The position numbers and the translations under genes are program-made. Shown in pieces: positions 1 to 8,309 of a stretch of DNA of 33,772 nt. Below the pieces are notes generated by a model that saw only the letters and a program-made list of their open reading frames with translations, was not told the origin of the DNA and did not search any database. Location: positions 38,202 to 71,973 of the forward strand of contig JBHLMP010000014.1 in NCBI GenBank assembly GCA_048938025.1, in the 5' to 3' direction. Within the stretch, counting starts at the first letter, position 1; each line of letters begins with the position of its first letter. The DNA is from Promethearchaeota archaeon (GTDB lineage: Archaea > Asgardarchaeota > Lokiarchaeia > Sigyniarchaeales > SOKP01).

Positions 1-1444
1 ATGAATTAGAGTGAATCAAATCACTTACTCCGGATGACCTAATTGATTCATATTGCCCTATAGGAAAAGTATCAACCAATTCAAGAGGAATTAGACCAAA
101 AATTTCAGAACTAAATATAATATGTATTAATTCTCTTGGAATAATCTTATTATTATTAATCATTTCTAACCAATTTTGAGATGTAGGGGAAATATTGGCT
201 TTGTTGTCTAATTCAGGTAAGATAATTAGATATTTTACATCTTTGGGAACACGATAATTTCCTAAAAGTTTTTTCTCATATCGATAAATTAATGGCCTAT
301 TCAGGGCTTCATTTGAAGAATATAATCTACCATGGCTTTTGTAAATCTTTTCGTGTATTTCAAATAAAGTTTTATGATCTTTTATTAATTTGACGGCATT
401 AACAAGATTAGGATGATTTCTTATTCTAAGTTCTACTAACTCCCATAGATTACCCTCTCTTATAGCTTGTCTGATTGTTTTTAATTCAGAGAAAGAGAGG
501 AATAAATTATGTTTTGCTAAAAACTCAGTTTTTAATTCTTCATCAAAAGACTTCATTTCTTGAGGAGTGTACTCACTACAAATAGGACAATGGCATGGAA
601 ATTCATATAATTCTTCTAAATTTTTTGTTCCTGTTGATAAAGTGAAATATCGATTTTCTTTAGCATATAAGATATAGGCAGCAGAATCCATTAAATCACA
701 TCCAGATGCCACAGCTAATGAAAAGAATTGTGGTAAACCAAGTCCAAACATATGTACTGGTTTATTAGGAATGAGATTTTCTTTTACAGTTAATAAATTT
801 TGTAATGCAATATCAAATCTATAATCTAGGAATGTTTTTACTAAACCTCCTATGGCATACACATCAAAATCTAATTGTGACATTTCTTTAGTACTTAATT
901 CTATTAGATCTAAATATCTAGCACCATGGATGGGTCCAAACCAATGACAATTTTCATTTCTTCTACGTTTTATGTTTTCTTTAGCACGTTCCACAGTTTT
1001 TAAGACTTTCTTCTTTGCTACTTCATAGTTATCCAATAATTGAACTGGGATATCTAAAATAACAGCAAAATCTGTATTCACCTTTTCTTGGAAATTTTCG
1101 ATTTCATCAGCGCTAATATTTAATTTATCTTCATTATACATGTATTGTTGGAAGGCACCACTATCAGTAGCAACTATACCACTATAACTTAAGTACTGAT
1201 GGATTCCCTCTGTTAATACTTTTTGTCTAATATCCTTATTCTGATAAATTATATATGCGTTTGTAAAGATACCTTGAGCTCCCATTTTAATTAGGTCAGA
1301 GGGAGAAATTAGATTTTTAATAGGATGAATTACAGGGAATAAATTAGGTGTAACCATTTCTTTTTCCATTAATTTTAATTTCCCTATCCTCCCAAGGGCA
1401 TCCACATCTTTTATTTCAAATTTTATTGCGTATTCACCCCACAA
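1..1444 (-). CDS. tgtA: Archaeosine tRNA-guanine(15) transglycosylase, 3'-truncated by window edge
   Basis: Not in the ORF track. Manual translation gives KFEIKDVDALGRIGKL..VTPNLFPVIHP, TDSGAFQQ, HMFGLG..GCDLMDSAAY and Zn site CHCPIC..AKHNL. Start uncertain (TTG 1444 or ATA 1426). Confidence 0.93.
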   Translation of the reverse strand, partial: MWGEYAIKFEIKDVDALGRIGKLKLMEKEMVTPNLFPVIHPIKNLISPSDLIKMGAQGIFTNAYIIYQNKDIRQKVLTEGIHQYLSYSGIVATDSGAFQQYMYNEDKLNISADEIENFQEKVNTDFAVILDIPVQLLDNYEVAKKKVLKTVERAKENIKRRRNENCHWFGPIHGARYLDLIELSTKEMSQLDFDVYAIGGLVKTFLDYRFDIALQNLLTVKENLIPNKPVHMFGLGLPQFFSLAVASGCDLMDSAAYILYAKENRYFTLSTGTKNLEELYEFPCHCPICSEYTPQEMKSFDEELKTEFLAKHNLFLSFSELKTIRQAIREGNLWELVELRIRNHPNLVNAVKLIKDHKTLFEIHEKIYKSHGRLYSSNEALNRPLIYRYEKKLLGNYRVPKDVKYLIILPELDNKANISPTSQNWLEMINNNKIIPRELIHIIFSSEIFGLIPLELVDTFPIGQYESIRSSGVSDLIHSNS

Positions 1445-1455
1445 TTTTGAAAAGT

Positions 1456-2049
1456 TCAATCGAAAAATTCACTTAGACGATTCTCTTTAAATAATTTTTC
1501 TAACCAATCAATATTGCCGACCTTATAATTTTCAGCATTTTCATTTTCAACTACAATATCTATTATAATTTTTGCTATGATTCCAAGGTTCTTATTAGTC
1601 GTATCTATTTCAAATAAAGGCAATTTGATTCCCTTTTGAATAAAATAATTAACACAGTTTCCTAAAATCTCGGCTTGAATATTTTCTCGAATTTTCTTTA
1701 ATGTATAACCCTTTTTTTCCAATCTTTTATACAATTCATCAGGGTCGCACCTTAATATAAAAATATAATTAATATAACTTTCAGGAACAATATCTGAAAA
1801 GTGACCCTCTATAATTAAAATATCTGTTTTATTTTTCTGAATTCTTTCAATTTCATTCTTTAAAATAGGTAAAAATCCATTTGTATCAACAATGTAAGTA
1901 TCTCTATTGTTATCATATTCCAGTGAAAAATTTTTCGAGATAGCTAATTTATTTAATGAAATTACTTTAACATTTAATATTTCAGCTATTTTCTTCGAAA
2001 CAGAAGTTTTGCCGCAACCTGGAGTTCCAGAGATAACTATTGTTTTCAT
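1456..2049 (-). CDS. Adenylate kinase, AK6/Fap7 (hCINAP) family
   Basis: GTPGCGKT P-loop, IIEGH motif, LRCDPDELYKRLEKKGY..KIRENIQAE. Confidence 0.88.
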   Translation of the reverse strand: MKTIVISGTPGCGKTSVSKKIAEILNVKVISLNKLAISKNFSLEYDNNRDTYIVDTNGFLPILKNEIERIQKNKTDILIIEGHFSDIVPESYINYIFILRCDPDELYKRLEKKGYTLKKIRENIQAEILGNCVNYFIQKGIKLPLFEIDTTNKNLGIIAKIIIDIVVENENAENYKVGNIDWLEKLFKENRLSEFFD

Positions 2050-2124
2050 ATATAATTTATTAATAGAGATTGTTGATTAAAAAAGTAATGGTAAGTAATT
2101 TGAATTATTCTATAAGATTAATAA

Positions 2125-2241
2125 TGGGAAAGGGGGGCTTCGAACCCCCGACCTCACGGTTATCAGCCGTGCGCTATACCAGGCTAAGCCACTGGAGAGA
2201 TGCCTCAATCAGAGGAGTCCACTCTCCCAAGCCACTCTCCC
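2125..2241 (-). tRNA. tRNA-Ile(GAU) with insertion/intron in the 5' acceptor-D-arm region
   Basis: Mature 74-nt fold: GGGAGAG/CTTTCCC acceptor, GCTT/TAGC D stem, CACGG-CTGATAA-CCGTG anticodon arm, GGGGG-TTCGAAG-CCCCC T arm. Extra 30 nt (5' end at 2228) or 43 nt (5' end at 2241). Confidence 0.93.
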
Positions 2242-2380
2242 ATTTCAGAGAGTATTAATAAATTTAAAATAGTATTTAAATTGTTAAGCTTGAATAATTT
2301 AATTTAGTTAAAAATATTTAAAAAATTTTATGAACCAAATTTTAAAAGTAAAATGGTTATATTGTTAATATAAAAGTATT

Positions 2381-2821
2381 GTGATTTTAATGCCTAATAT
2401 TTTACATTATTCGATAATAGGTTTGGAAGATTATAACATTAGTTTTGAAAGTTATTGTACAATATGCGAAATTCAAAAATTTTGTAAGTGGGGAAAAGAG
2501 GAACCATTTGCTATAAAAATTGGTTGCGGAGACTTAAATCGTGCTAAAGAAAAAGTAAAATTTGAGCAACTTCAAAAACTTCAAAAAACCGAAGATGTTT
2601 CAGTTCCTTACGAAGAATTAATTAAAAAAGTTAGAATTAATCTACAGGGTATCATTTCGGAAATTTGGAAAGAAAAAATAAAAGGTCAAAAAGAAGAAAT
2701 AAGATGCCTTGATACCCGTAAGAGGGATCCAATGTTAGTAGCTCAACAAGGGCAAGACTGGTGGCAAGATTTCAATACAACTTTGAAAATTATTAATGAC
2801 GAATGCGAAAAAATATCTTGA
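2381..2821 (+). CDS. Hypothetical protein with Cys cluster (possible metal-binding)
   Basis: 146-aa ORF, YCTICEIQKFC plus further Cys; no family recognised. Confidence 0.75.
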   Translation: MILMPNILHYSIIGLEDYNISFESYCTICEIQKFCKWGKEEPFAIKIGCGDLNRAKEKVKFEQLQKLQKTEDVSVPYEELIKKVRINLQGIISEIWKEKIKGQKEEIRCLDTRKRDPMLVAQQGQDWWQDFNTTLKIINDECEKIS

Positions 2822-2983
2822 TATGTAAATTACTAGTTATTTTTTTGTTAGAAAGAGAAAAGATGTTTAATTAATAAACATCATTCACTTGTACTGTTTC
2901 ATTTATTTTCAGACTTTAAATATCCTAAGTTAGATATTAAATTATACAAATTTAATAGGCAAAATAGAAAAGTAGAAGCTGTA

Positions 2984-3547
2984 ATGGATGAATTTATTGA
3001 AGATATCTTAAAATTTTTCAACTCTATTATTCCAATAATTTTTATTTATTTGAAATATATTCTTAGCTTTATACTATTAACTATAGGAACTTTAACTTTA
3101 CTAAGATTAAGAGGAATATATCTTCAGCAAAGAGCTAAAGGCATTAAGGATGAGGAAGACCATCTTAAAAACACAAGATTGATATTAGGTACGGTTTATT
3201 TATTTTTAGCTTTTGGAATATTATTCAATCATTTAATCTACTTTTTAATATGGATTTCAAAACCATTACCAGATGGATTGATATTTGTTCTTTTTGATAT
3301 TTTTAAATATACTATTCAAGAACAAACTGGAATTAATATTGATGTTTTTAAAAGTTATATTCATCCCCTATTAGCTCTTTTTTCCTTTGTAGCAATTTTA
3401 CATTTGGTTTTAAGTTTTTATTACTTAATTAATAGTAACAGGGTTATTAGTAATCCTAGAGCACAAGTTCTAAGTTTAGTTTCAGCAGTAGTAGAAACTG
3501 TATTTTTTGGATTTACTGCATATCTTCCCTATTTTGTAAATTTATAA
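2984..3547 (+). CDS. Hypothetical multi-pass membrane protein
   Basis: 187-aa ORF with about 4 hydrophobic segments. Confidence 0.75.
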   Translation: MDEFIEDILKFFNSIIPIIFIYLKYILSFILLTIGTLTLLRLRGIYLQQRAKGIKDEEDHLKNTRLILGTVYLFLAFGILFNHLIYFLIWISKPLPDGLIFVLFDIFKYTIQEQTGINIDVFKSYIHPLLALFSFVAILHLVLSFYYLINSNRVISNPRAQVLSLVSAVVETVFFGFTAYLPYFVNL

Positions 3548-3671
3548 TTCCTTCAAGGATTAAAGACTCTAGAAATAATTGAAGATGAATTTAAATTTTT
3601 ACCTACTTATCCAAACAAAATCATTAGATTTTATCAATTAAATAATTTGTAAACACATTCCTTTAACCGAG

Positions 3672-3686
3672 CGAAACATTTAAATA
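3672..3686 (+). promoter_or_regulatory. Candidate BRE-TATA promoter for tfb
   Basis: CGAAACA-TTTAAATA matches the archaeal BRE/TATA pattern; implies a ~155-nt 5' UTR. Confidence 0.4.
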
Positions 3687-3864
3687 TTTTATCTATATTT
3701 ATAATATTTGCATTAGAGAATATTATTGAATTCAGTCACACAGTATTCTTTTAGTTATTATTTCATATGTTTTATGTTTACACGGGTTAATCTTACATTG
3801 TAAATTCTCAATATAAAGGGATAGATTTAATATTTAATTTTATAATTAATATGAGGTTTGTTAA

Positions 3865-4752
3865 ATGGAAGTAAAAACAGAATCAAGTAATTTATCAAAT
3901 TCATGCCCCGAATGCGGGGGAAATACTATCTCAATCCAAGAGAAAGGAGAAATAGTCTGTTGTCAATGTGGTTTAGTAATTAGTGAGAGAATCTTAGATG
4001 TGTCTCATAGCGGAAAAAGAGCTTTTACTAAACAAGAAAAGGAAATGAGAGAAAGAACTGGATCTCCAATTTCAATTCTATTACCTGATATGGGTTTAAG
4101 TACAATTATAGATAAGTCAAATATAAAAAGTCCTGATTTAAAGAGAGCTGCCAAATGGAACTCTCGAATGACATGGGATAAGCGGAATATGTTAATCGCA
4201 ACAACCGAGTTAAAAAGAATTGGAAGTAATCTGAACTTACCAAACCATGTAAAGAAAGCAGCTATACGGTTATATATAGAAGCATTCAAAAGAAAATTAC
4301 TTCGGGGAAGATCTATTAATGGTATGGTTGCTGCTTGTTTATATTTTGCTTGTAGAGAAAGAAAAATCCCAAGGACCTTACAAGAGATTTTAGATCAAAC
4401 TTCTGTGAATGCTAAGAATGTAAGAAGATGTTATCGAACAATAATTAGAGAATTAAATTTAAAAGCTCCATCCACAGATCCTATCTCTCTTATTCCACGA
4501 TTTATTGCTGAATTAGAATTAGATGCTGAAGCTGAAAAAGCGACTATTAAAATATTGCAAGCATTCACATCTAAATTTTCTACAAGTGGTAAGGATCCTA
4601 AAGGTTTATGTGCTGGGGCGTTATATTTAGTTTGTAAGAAAAATGATAGAAAAATTTCACAGAAAGATATAGCAAACCTGGTTGGAGTGACTGAAGTTAC
4701 ACTTCGCTCAAGATATAAAGAACTAATAAACAAACTAAATATTTTAATATAG
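3865..4752 (+). CDS. tfb: Transcription initiation factor IIB (TFB)
   Basis: CPECG..CCQCG Zn ribbon, RTGSP, two cyclin repeats (LRGRS..AACLYFACR..PRTLQEI; GKDPKGLCAGALY..SQKDIA..GVTEVTLRSRYKEL). Confidence 0.96.
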   Translation: MEVKTESSNLSNSCPECGGNTISIQEKGEIVCCQCGLVISERILDVSHSGKRAFTKQEKEMRERTGSPISILLPDMGLSTIIDKSNIKSPDLKRAAKWNSRMTWDKRNMLIATTELKRIGSNLNLPNHVKKAAIRLYIEAFKRKLLRGRSINGMVAACLYFACRERKIPRTLQEILDQTSVNAKNVRRCYRTIIRELNLKAPSTDPISLIPRFIAELELDAEAEKATIKILQAFTSKFSTSGKDPKGLCAGALYLVCKKNDRKISQKDIANLVGVTEVTLRSRYKELINKLNILI

Positions 4753-4770
4753 TTATAATTTTTTTTTTTC

Positions 4771-5352
4771 CTAATTTTCCCTTTTTAATAAGATTTTTAT
4801 AAAATCTGGTAGAGTTAATAAATATCCTTGAGCATTTGGAAGGAGTTCTTTTATTTTAATAAACAATTGAGAGTAATTTTCTGCTCTTTCTTTTTGCTGT
4901 AGGACATCATTGCGAGATTGCTCCCTAACTGGTTCAACCGGATTACCTTTCATTACTGACCGGGCAGGAATCGTTAAACCAGGGGGTACTTGACTATTAT
5001 TTAATATTATTACTCCTTCACCAATAGAGGCTTCTTCAAAAATTAAAGATCCTTCTAATATTTGAACATAATCTTCTAAAAAGCAACCTAGAAGTGTAAC
5101 TCCTGTTTCTATAATACAATATCTTCCAATATTTATTGAACTCTTTTGTGAGCGCGTGAACATCATTACACCATTAAAGATTGTCGTGTATTCTCCAATA
5201 TTGATTGGTGAGAATTCCGCACGAATGATTGATCCAGGCCATATTACCACATTATCATTTACTTTCACATCTCCAATTAAGGTTGCCATTGGTGACACAT
5301 AACTTTTTGGGCTAATTTCAGGTTTTTTACCATTGTATTCCAATATAGGCAT
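4771..5352 (-). CDS. Left-handed beta-helix (gamma-carbonic-anhydrase-like) protein lacking Zn-binding His
   Basis: Hexapeptide repeats, ATLIGDVKV..IWPGSIIRAE..INIG..GNP; the protein has no His residue. Confidence 0.85.
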   Translation of the reverse strand: MPILEYNGKKPEISPKSYVSPMATLIGDVKVNDNVVIWPGSIIRAEFSPINIGEYTTIFNGVMMFTRSQKSSINIGRYCIIETGVTLLGCFLEDYVQILEGSLIFEEASIGEGVIILNNSQVPPGLTIPARSVMKGNPVEPVREQSRNDVLQQKERAENYSQLFIKIKELLPNAQGYLLTLPDFIKILLKREN

Positions 5353-5475
5353 ACTTAGAGCTCCGTATATAATTTTAATAATGATATTTTATTTAAAATT
5401 AAATTATATGAATTAATAACAAAAAACAATTTAAATTTTATTTTTAAATTTTTTCATTATGTCTTAAATTATTTT

Positions 5476-6300
5476 TTAGAAATAAGTTTTATATGGATCC
5501 TTAGAATCAAATAAAATGAATTCAACATATGGAAATTCTAAACTTAATAAATTACATATTTTTTTTAATGCTATAATTTCATTCTTGTAATGAGATGTTT
5601 CTATTAAAGTTAGGCCGATGTCCCTCGCGAAGACTGCATCAAAATAGCAAATTCTTCCAGAAATATAACAATCACAACCTTTATTTATTAATCGTTTTAG
5701 TAAATCCTTATTTGGTGAGTCCCCTCCAACTATACATATTTTTTTTATTTCTTTTTTCAAATCACCTACATAAGAGACATATTCTAAATTTAAGTTTGTC
5801 TTTATTCTTTTAATTAAGTCTTCCACCTTTAATGGTTGATTTTGATTAGGATAATCTTTAGGTAAACAAATCCGTCCTATTGGAACTTTTACTCCATGTT
5901 TAATCTTAATATTAAAAGTTTTATCTAATTTTAAATAAAGCGCTTCCAGGATTGTATCTGTTATTCCTCCTTCTGCTGCTATAAATGGTGAATTTAATAC
6001 AAATATTGAAATTGGGAACTTGGAAAGTAATGATAACTTGTTGATTAGGTTTTGATTGAAATAACCAATTGGTTTATGAATTAAACTATGGTGAGATATT
6101 ATTAAATTGATCTTTTTCTTTAAAGCAAAATGTATCGCTTCTAAACTTAGATCTATTGTAAACATTATTTTCTTGATTGTCTTATTGCTATTCTTTTTCC
6201 CGTATTGTAGACCATATATCTCAGAATTTTTCCTATACAGTTTTGGGGCTAATCTTTTTTCAATAATAGCTTTAATTTCCTCGAGAAACATGTTTTTCAA
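5476..6300 (-). CDS. Nif3/YbgI-like dinuclear metal centre protein
   Basis: YGLQYG, LIISHH, KICIVGG, ETSHYKNE. Confidence 0.87.
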   Translation of the reverse strand: MKNMFLEEIKAIIEKRLAPKLYRKNSEIYGLQYGKKNSNKTIKKIMFTIDLSLEAIHFALKKKINLIISHHSLIHKPIGYFNQNLINKLSLLSKFPISIFVLNSPFIAAEGGITDTILEALYLKLDKTFNIKIKHGVKVPIGRICLPKDYPNQNQPLKVEDLIKRIKTNLNLEYVSYVGDLKKEIKKICIVGGDSPNKDLLKRLINKGCDCYISGRICYFDAVFARDIGLTLIETSHYKNEIIALKKICNLLSLEFPYVEFILFDSKDPYKTYF

Positions 6301-6431
6301 AAGTGAAGAATAATAAAATGCAAAATTTTTATAATTTATTATGATAAAACTGAGTATAGAATTTGTAAATTTTAATTTAAATTATTTAAATTTGAACTGT
6401 AAATTTTGTGATTTAGAGAGGTTATGAAAAT

Positions 6432-6845
6432 ATGAAAAGTAAAGATTGTATCTTCTGTAAGATAATTGATAGAGAAATTCCATCTAAAATTATATTTGAA
6501 AATAAGCTAAATTTAGCATTTTTAGATATCTTTCCTATTTCCAGGGGGCACACTATAGTTATACCAAAAAATCACTATACTAATTTAGAAGATATTCCTG
6601 ATGATAAACTTTCTGAATTATTCAAATCTGTTAAACAAATTGCTACTATAATTCATAATAAATTAAAAATTGATGGATATAATATTCTACAAAATAATTT
6701 TAAAGCCGCTGGTCAAGATATAAACCATATCCACGTTCACATTATCCCACGAAATTTGGATGAAAAAAGATTAAGATTTGAAATACCAAGAAATCAAGCT
6801 ACTGAGGATGATCTTAATTCAATTGTAGGTATACTTCAATCTTAA
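6432..6845 (+). CDS. HIT family hydrolase
   Basis: DCIFCKI, AFLDIFPISRGHTIVIPKNH, AGQ..HIHVHIIPR. Confidence 0.96.
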   Translation: MKSKDCIFCKIIDREIPSKIIFENKLNLAFLDIFPISRGHTIVIPKNHYTNLEDIPDDKLSELFKSVKQIATIIHNKLKIDGYNILQNNFKAAGQDINHIHVHIIPRNLDEKRLRFEIPRNQATEDDLNSIVGILQS

Positions 6846-6919
6846 TCTATCCAATTTATTTTATATTTTATTGACGAATTGGTTTAGTTTAAAAGACTGA
6901 ATTTAAATTAAAAACAGTT

Positions 6920-7123
6920 ATGCATCAACACAAATTTCTTAAAAAAATTGGTAAAAAAGTAAAAGAATTCTTCTCTGATGAGTCGGGTGGAAATTTAGTA
7001 GAATATGCGTTATTAATCGGTTTTGCTTTATTTATATTTTTCATTATAGTCGGAATAATAACAGGAATGCTAGATTGGGTTCAAGGTTTAGCAGATGATT
7101 TTTCAGATTTGTTTAAAGGGTAA
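6920..7123 (+). CDS. Flp-type (class IVb/Tad) prepilin-like protein
   Basis: Basic leader, FFSDESG^GNLVEYALLIG with Glu+5/Tyr+6 and a hydrophobic helix; 44-aa predicted mature chain. Confidence 0.8.
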   Translation: MHQHKFLKKIGKKVKEFFSDESGGNLVEYALLIGFALFIFFIIVGIITGMLDWVQGLADDFSDLFKG

Positions 7124-7151
7124 ATTTAATTTCTAACAATTTTTTAGAATA

Positions 7152-7523
7152 TTATTCAACTTTAGTAATTTTGTTATTAATTAGTATAAAATTATATTTT
7201 TCTCCCCACTCATCTAAATTATCAATAACATAATCAGTATCCAATTTCAAATGTTTAATAAATATTTCAAATGGTATTTTATTAGCTCTTTTTAAGTATT
7301 TTTTAATACGATTATCAAGATCAAGTTTTTCGGGAGGTTTTTCTTTTCTTTTCCTTTCTCTTAATTTATCTATTAAAGGATCATTTCTACTATCATTAAA
7401 AAAATGTTCGACTATATTACTAATTACTTGTGCTTTTGTAGCTCCAAAAACATCTACTAGTTCTTCAATTAATTTCATATAGCTTTTATTTAGCGTAACA
7501 GTAGTTCTTGTAGTTTCAGTCAT
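7152..7523 (-). CDS. Ribbon-helix-helix DNA-binding protein, possible C-terminal winged helix
   Basis: RTTVTL strand followed by two helices (MKLIEELVDVFGATKAQVISNIVEHFF). Confidence 0.7.
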   Translation of the reverse strand: MTETTRTTVTLNKSYMKLIEELVDVFGATKAQVISNIVEHFFNDSRNDPLIDKLRERKRKEKPPEKLDLDNRIKKYLKRANKIPFEIFIKHLKLDTDYVIDNLDEWGEKYNFILINNKITKVE

Positions 7524-7738
7524 TTTTTAGTTTTTCATTAAAAAATTATGTTCGACAATAACAAATTAACAATATTCATTTATAAATCTTAGTGCTGATT
7601 GATGATGATAATGCATAAATAAGCATACTTATATATGAAAAAATTATATATTATATTAAGATCTCAATTCTCTTTTCAAAAATTAAAAAGTCGAAAAATT
7701 GTCGAACTAAAAATTTGAAATATGTGGAGGAATACAAA

Positions 7739-7993
7739 ATGGCAAATGAGAGTTTTATAAAAGAAATGCTTAATTCCAAAGAATATTTATCACCTATTCA
7801 ATATAATTTAATAAAGACATTAGCTAAAACTGGTCCTTTAACACGTAGGGATTTAGTTAATCAATTAAGAACCCCTAGAACAACGATTTATGATAATTTA
7901 ATTCAACTTCAAAAAAGAAGAATGGTTGATAAATTTACTAGAAATGATGGGAGACGTGGTAGGCCATTGGTTCTTTGGAAAATAAAAGATTAA
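7739..7993 (+). CDS. Winged-helix (TrmB/ArsR-like) transcriptional regulator
   Basis: GPLTRRDLVNQLRTPRTTIYDNLIQLQKRRMV..GRRGRP; ATG 7739 preceded by GGAGG (track start TTG 7715). Confidence 0.85.
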   Translation: MANESFIKEMLNSKEYLSPIQYNLIKTLAKTGPLTRRDLVNQLRTPRTTIYDNLIQLQKRRMVDKFTRNDGRRGRPLVLWKIKD

Positions 7994-8013
7994 TAAAAAA
8001 AATTTTTTTTATT
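7992..8013. terminator. A/T-run palindrome after the HTH gene, possible terminator
   Basis: AATAAAAAAAATTTTTTTTATT gives a T-tract on both strands between convergent genes. Confidence 0.35.
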
Positions 8014-8077
8014 TTAATTAAAGCTTTTACACAATAATTTATAGTAAATTAATAAATATTTAATAATATTATTATAG

Positions 8078-8260
8078 ACTCTTCAATTTCCATTGCAAGT
8101 TATTATTTTAAATAGATTTTTAAAAAAAATAAATTATATATTTTGAAATGGCCCCAAGAAAAAATTATTTAATCATATTTAAATTATTTTATTAAAATAT
8201 TAATTTTTAAAAATTTTTTCAAATATTATATTAGAATATTTCCAATGGAAATTAAAGAGT
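8078..8260. repeat. 21-bp inverted repeat pair flanking a 141-bp ~91% AT spacer (candidate oriC or MITE)
   Basis: 8078-8098 ACTCTTCAATTTCCATTGCAA vs reverse complement of 8240-8260 ACTCTTTAATTTCCATTGGAA (19/21 identical). Confidence 0.8.
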
Positions 8261-8309
8261 GTTATAGTAATTTAACTCAATTATGTATATTTTTAATTAA
8301 AAAAAGTTT

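Noticed and set aside
1918-1931. TTCCAGTGAAAAAT, identical to the ORB-like core at 28692
   Set aside because: Inside a coding sequence with no G-rich tail; probably chance
2070-2258. 62-aa ORF on + strand
   Set aside because: Antisense shadow of the tRNA-Ile gene (GFEPPT is the reverse-read T arm)
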